A stretch of DNA of 59,881 nt from a virus (Duplodnaviria > Caudoviricetes), in IMG/VR virus record IMGVR_UViG_3300021185_001015, positions 1 to 59,881 of that record; one strand, written 5' to 3'. The translations under genes and the position numbers were made by a program. Below are positions 56,677 through 59,881 of this stretch, piece by piece. Positions within the stretch are counted from its first letter, which is position 1. Each line of letters opens with the position of its first letter. Below the pieces are notes generated by a model. The model saw only the letters and a list, made by a program, of their open reading frames with translations. It was not told the DNA's origin and did no database searches.

Positions 56677-56853
56677 CTAAGAAACTTCTTTCGAAGGAAT
56701 TATCTTGCCCCATTTACCAATAGGACATTCTGCCCAATTGAGCCTGGTTTTAGCTGGCATCCAACAGCCGCATTTGCGGCATTGGCTTAACAGTTTATTG
56801 AGATGTTCACACTCATTGCATATTTTTGCTCTTTCTTGATGCTCTGGTTTCAT
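56677..56853 (-). CDS. Small Cys-rich protein (DUF6171-like), 58 aa
   Basis: Manual translation MKPEHQERAKICNECEHLNKLLSQCRKCGCWMPAKTRLNWAECPIGKWGKIIPSKEVS; ATGA-coupled to the upstream gene; below the ORF-track cutoff. Confidence 0.8.
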   Translation of the reverse strand: MKPEHQERAKICNECEHLNKLLSQCRKCGCWMPAKTRLNWAECPIGKWGKIIPSKEVS

Positions 56854-57863
56854 TTTTTCTGTACCTTCTTATCAATGATGCCCCGTCCCATTGATAGTGG
56901 TCGATATAGTTCTCGTAGTTCAAGTGCCTTATCAAAATACAATTTCAGTCTTTCTTCATAATCTGGCATAAACTCAAACACTACGCCTGACCAAGGACAT
57001 GCTAATATGTTAGCGATTGCTTTCTTCGCTGCTTCTTTGCCTTCTCTCTTTTGTATATATGTGATTATACGATGAAAAGGCTGATACACACCAGCTCCTG
57101 ATGAGTTCCACAAGGATATATCATATACAGTTTTGCCCAATGCAGCGCCTGTAATAATCATTTCAGATGCGGTAGTGCTATATACTGTTTCGCATTGTTC
57201 AAGTAACTTAGCACCAGAAACATTTTTAGGCAATACTTTTTGCCAACCACACTTTTGGCTAACCATTTTCAGAGCGTTAGTGTGAGTTAAAGGGTGAGGT
57301 TTTACTACAACATCGTCTTCTTCTAGTAAAAGTTTTTCGAGAGATGCTGTGTCTACTAAATCAAGAAGATTGTGTCCAGGGAGAAATACCGCATGCTTGA
57401 TGTCTTTGTATTTTTCTTCTAGTTCATCGAGTTCGTATTTATCTGAAAACGAGGATACAAATTTTTGAAATAGTTCTTCGCCTTCTTTGCCTGAATCTAT
57501 TTTTGATGCAAAGTCAATTAGACGACAATTTACTTCTCTGGACTGAGTAGTAACCCAGATTCCACCACCGGCAAATTCTGTATATGTAAACTCGCTAAAA
57601 TTATTATCTTGAACTGATCCTACATCGTATGTAATTGGCCACGGAGAAAGAGAAATAATTAATTCTTCATTTTCTACTGCCCATTTATTTCTCATTGATC
57701 TAGAAGCATATGGACCAATTTTTTTTCTTTCATTGAACCTATCTGACATCTTATTTTCTGCCAGTCTAGGTGTTGGTTCTTTTTCTTCTTTTGGCTTTAG
57801 GTCGTTTTCATTCAAGTCAGTAGGGCGAGTACTAACATCATTATACAATTTAAGATCCATCAT
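56850..57863 (-). CDS. GT-B-like protein resembling capsule synthesis KpsS/KpsC family
   Basis: VVVKPHP, LLEQCETVYSTTASEMIITGAALGKTV match the (K/R)xHP and T.xS..G.EA..xGK.V pattern. Confidence 0.55.
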   Translation of the reverse strand: MMDLKLYNDVSTRPTDLNENDLKPKEEKEPTPRLAENKMSDRFNERKKIGPYASRSMRNKWAVENEELIISLSPWPITYDVGSVQDNNFSEFTYTEFAGGGIWVTTQSREVNCRLIDFASKIDSGKEGEELFQKFVSSFSDKYELDELEEKYKDIKHAVFLPGHNLLDLVDTASLEKLLLEEDDVVVKPHPLTHTNALKMVSQKCGWQKVLPKNVSGAKLLEQCETVYSTTASEMIITGAALGKTVYDISLWNSSGAGVYQPFHRIITYIQKREGKEAAKKAIANILACPWSGVVFEFMPDYEERLKLYFDKALELRELYRPLSMGRGIIDKKVQKK

Positions 57864-57885
57864 ACACTCTCATTAATAAAAAAAT

Positions 57886-57893
57886 TATTTATA
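57886..57893 (-). promoter_or_regulatory. Late promoter for the KpsS-like gene
   Basis: TATAAATA overlapping the upstream stop codon. Confidence 0.6.
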
Positions 57894-58398
57894 CTTCAAA
57901 AAATACAGAATCTCTTATGCCCCATATATTTTCAAGTTCAGTCACATTTCTAAAAGATTCCGCTTTAGCATCTAAGTCTGCAATATTATCAGTAGGTGTA
58001 ACACCGAGCCTCACCTGACTTGCATGGCGAGCAAATTTAGCATCTAATTTTACAAATGCTGCGTTTCTTTTTTTTCTTAATTCGTTTAGTCTGAAATTCT
58101 TTCTAACTTCACGCTTTTCTGGTATTACTTCAACTAAACCATATACTCGATCAAATGCGCCTGTGTCCTCATTATATACTGCTGAGATGGCTTCTATTGA
58201 ATGAGTGTACGTAGGCACTAACGCAACATCATCTATAGGCAAAGGCAAAACGCATCTATAGGGAGTGCCTACTAAAGAGAAATCAGTAATAACGTTTGGT
58301 AAAGTAGTACCACTAAGATGTTTTTCTCTTAGGTCATTTTCATAAATAGGAAACTCTATTACTTCATTAGTTTCTAAATTTACTTTAACATATAACAT
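57889..58398 (-). CDS. Tail fibre assembly chaperone-like protein
   Basis: EFPIYENDLR, ELRKKRNAAF...FRNVTE; follows a fibre-like gene. Confidence 0.55.
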   Translation of the reverse strand: MLYVKVNLETNEVIEFPIYENDLREKHLSGTTLPNVITDFSLVGTPYRCVLPLPIDDVALVPTYTHSIEAISAVYNEDTGAFDRVYGLVEVIPEKREVRKNFRLNELRKKRNAAFVKLDAKFARHASQVRLGVTPTDNIADLDAKAESFRNVTELENIWGIRDSVFFEV

Positions 58399-58413
58399 TT
58401 GTATCTCTCCAAT

Positions 58414-59881
58414 TTATTCGGTTATCCAATTTGTGGTTCTACTAGTAGAAATTTCAGTATTTTGAGATTCTAATGTAGTCCAAGAAGTTGTAGCATTAGT
58501 GTTCCATGACGTGCTGGTATTTCTAGAACCAGAATTTGTTGTAGAAGTTACATTTGAGGTATTCCAGTTAGTGACGTTGCTTCCTGTCCACGTTGTACTG
58601 GTTATCCTATTTGTATTGACCTGTGTGTCAGTATTTCTATTTTCGTCCCAGGTAGTGACAATAATACTATTCCAATCAGTAGCAGTATTTCTACTTTCGT
58701 CCCAACTAGTGGTAACATCCCAATCAGTAGCAGTATTTCTATTTTCGTCCCAACTAGTGGTAACATCCCAATTGGTAGCAGTATTTCTACTTTCGCCCCA
58801 AATAGTGTTAACATACCAGTTTGTGTCAGTATTTCTACTTTCGTCCCAACTAGTGGTAACATCCCAATTGGTAGCAGTATTTCTACTTTCGCCCCAAATA
58901 GTGTTAACATCCCAGTTTGTGACAGTAATGTGGTTTGTTGTCCAAATGGTACTATAAGTGTTACCCCATGAAGTACTTGTAAGATGGCTAGTTGACCATG
59001 TAGTAGTACCTTGATATTCAGTCTCAGTAATTCTACTACCAGCCCACGAAGTTACATCATTCCATGCAGTACTAAACGTAGTTGAAGTGTTTCTAGAATA
59101 ATTAGTGTACACTGGCACTGCTGGACCAGTCGCAGTACTTCTGTTAGTATTTCTACTAGTAATTCTGCTGGTATTAACGCTACTAGATGTATTTCCGATC
59201 ACTGTATTCCAGCAAGTTGGATAAGTAGTAGTAGTATTTTGGCTACTTGCAACCGGCCAACAAGTAGAGTATGTACAGTTATATGATGTTGCACATACAG
59301 TATCACAGTTATAGCACTCTTGTTGAATATAGACTGCAGTATATAAAGTACATTCACCTAGTCCTCTATTGTCTTCCTGACATCCCCCACCGTTATTCAT
59401 AGTGTCTATGTATCCCATTACAGGATAGAATCCGGTAGTGTAGAACGGGCCAGTAAACGTAGGACAACTACATCCTGCAGGAAGGGAATCGGCTGTGTTC
59501 AATGTTCCATTTGTATTGTATGTATAACAACCATATGCTGAACCAGTAACCGAAGTATTTACAAATACATCAGTGTTTCTACATATGGTATTGACAACCG
59601 GCTCAGGTGTCGTCCTATCTGTATTGCGACACTCTTGTCCATATATAGGAGATATAACGGTTGCAGTCCAGTTTGTAGTGTAAGATGTAGACCATGAGGT
59701 AGATGCAGTAGGTATAGAATTTCTTACAAATACTTGCCAGGATGTAGTCCAAGAACTGGTAGTATTTCTAGAGTTAGTAGTATTCCTGCTATCAGACCAA
59801 GAAGTTGTAGCACTGCCAGTGTATGTAGTGATTCGGCTAGTATTATAATTAGTAGTAGTATTTCTACTAACATTTGCTGAA
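58414..59881 (-). CDS. Thr/Asn/Ser/Trp-rich repeat fibre-like protein with central Cys-rich segment; 5' truncated
   Basis: The frame stays open from the window end through the TTG called at 59502; SRNT and TSW motifs; about 13 Cys between about 59212 and 59631. Confidence 0.75.
   Translation of the reverse strand, partial: SANVSRNTTTNYNTSRITTYTGSATTSWSDSRNTTNSRNTTSSWTTSWQVFVRNSIPTASTSWSTSYTTNWTATVISPIYGQECRNTDRTTPEPVVNTICRNTDVFVNTSVTGSAYGCYTYNTNGTLNTADSLPAGCSCPTFTGPFYTTGFYPVMGYIDTMNNGGGCQEDNRGLGECTLYTAVYIQQECYNCDTVCATSYNCTYSTCWPVASSQNTTTTYPTCWNTVIGNTSSSVNTSRITSRNTNRSTATGPAVPVYTNYSRNTSTTFSTAWNDVTSWAGSRITETEYQGTTTWSTSHLTSTSWGNTYSTIWTTNHITVTNWDVNTIWGESRNTATNWDVTTSWDESRNTDTNWYVNTIWGESRNTATNWDVTTSWDENRNTATDWDVTTSWDESRNTATDWNSIIVTTWDENRNTDTQVNTNRITSTTWTGSNVTNWNTSNVTSTTNSGSRNTSTSWNTNATTSWTTLESQNTEISTSRTTNWITE
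58625..58915. repeat. 48-bp in-frame tandem repeats (WDE(S/N)RNTATxWDVTTS)
   Basis: gtagcagtatttcta.tttcgtcccaactagtggtaacatcccaat repeated about 6 times with variants. Confidence 0.88.

Noticed and set aside
58625-58915. Ice-nucleation protein or CRISPR (48-bp/16-aa period)
   Set aside because: No AGYGST/TxT-SxL consensus and no spacers. The repeats are Trp/Arg-containing and in frame.
59500-59502. TTG start for the last ORF
   Set aside because: The frame is open to the window end with the same repeat style, so the real start is outside the window.

Overview
This 59.9 kb window is the virion-structure region of a large T4-like myophage, and its gene content resembles uncultured marine T4-like phages. 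Almost all genes are on the minus strand. The order is gp48-53-(27)-5-25-6-7-8, a DUF4815/VrlC-like gene, an accessory fibre and modification region, then gp13-14-15-16-17-18-19-20-67-68-21-22-23. About a dozen T4-type late promoters (TATAAATA) and a UUCG-loop terminator are present. Five observations stand out. (1) An ORF missing from the ORF track, behind its own late promoter after gp23, encodes a signal peptide, a CxxCH cytochrome c and a probable copper-monooxygenase-like domain. (2) Two fibre-like proteins have internally symmetric sequences that imply very long antiparallel beta-hairpins: one with an exact Tyr/Phe-Gly cross-strand register, the other with an Arg/Trp ladder and Cys pairs. 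(3) Both hairpin genes sit upstream of modifying enzymes (six glycosyltransferase-like genes, a methyltransferase-like gene, a 2OG-Fe-oxygenase-like gene and an acyl-CoA ligase), suggesting a virion glycosylation/decoration system. (4) A set of fibre and adaptor genes share N-terminal Mtd-like domains and short DGG-type motifs. (5) A fibre of about 1980 aa carries three 7-bladed propeller cassettes between conserved flanking repeats. No tRNA, rRNA, CRISPR array, intron/intein or reverse transcriptase was seen. All family assignments come from motif recognition, not database searches.
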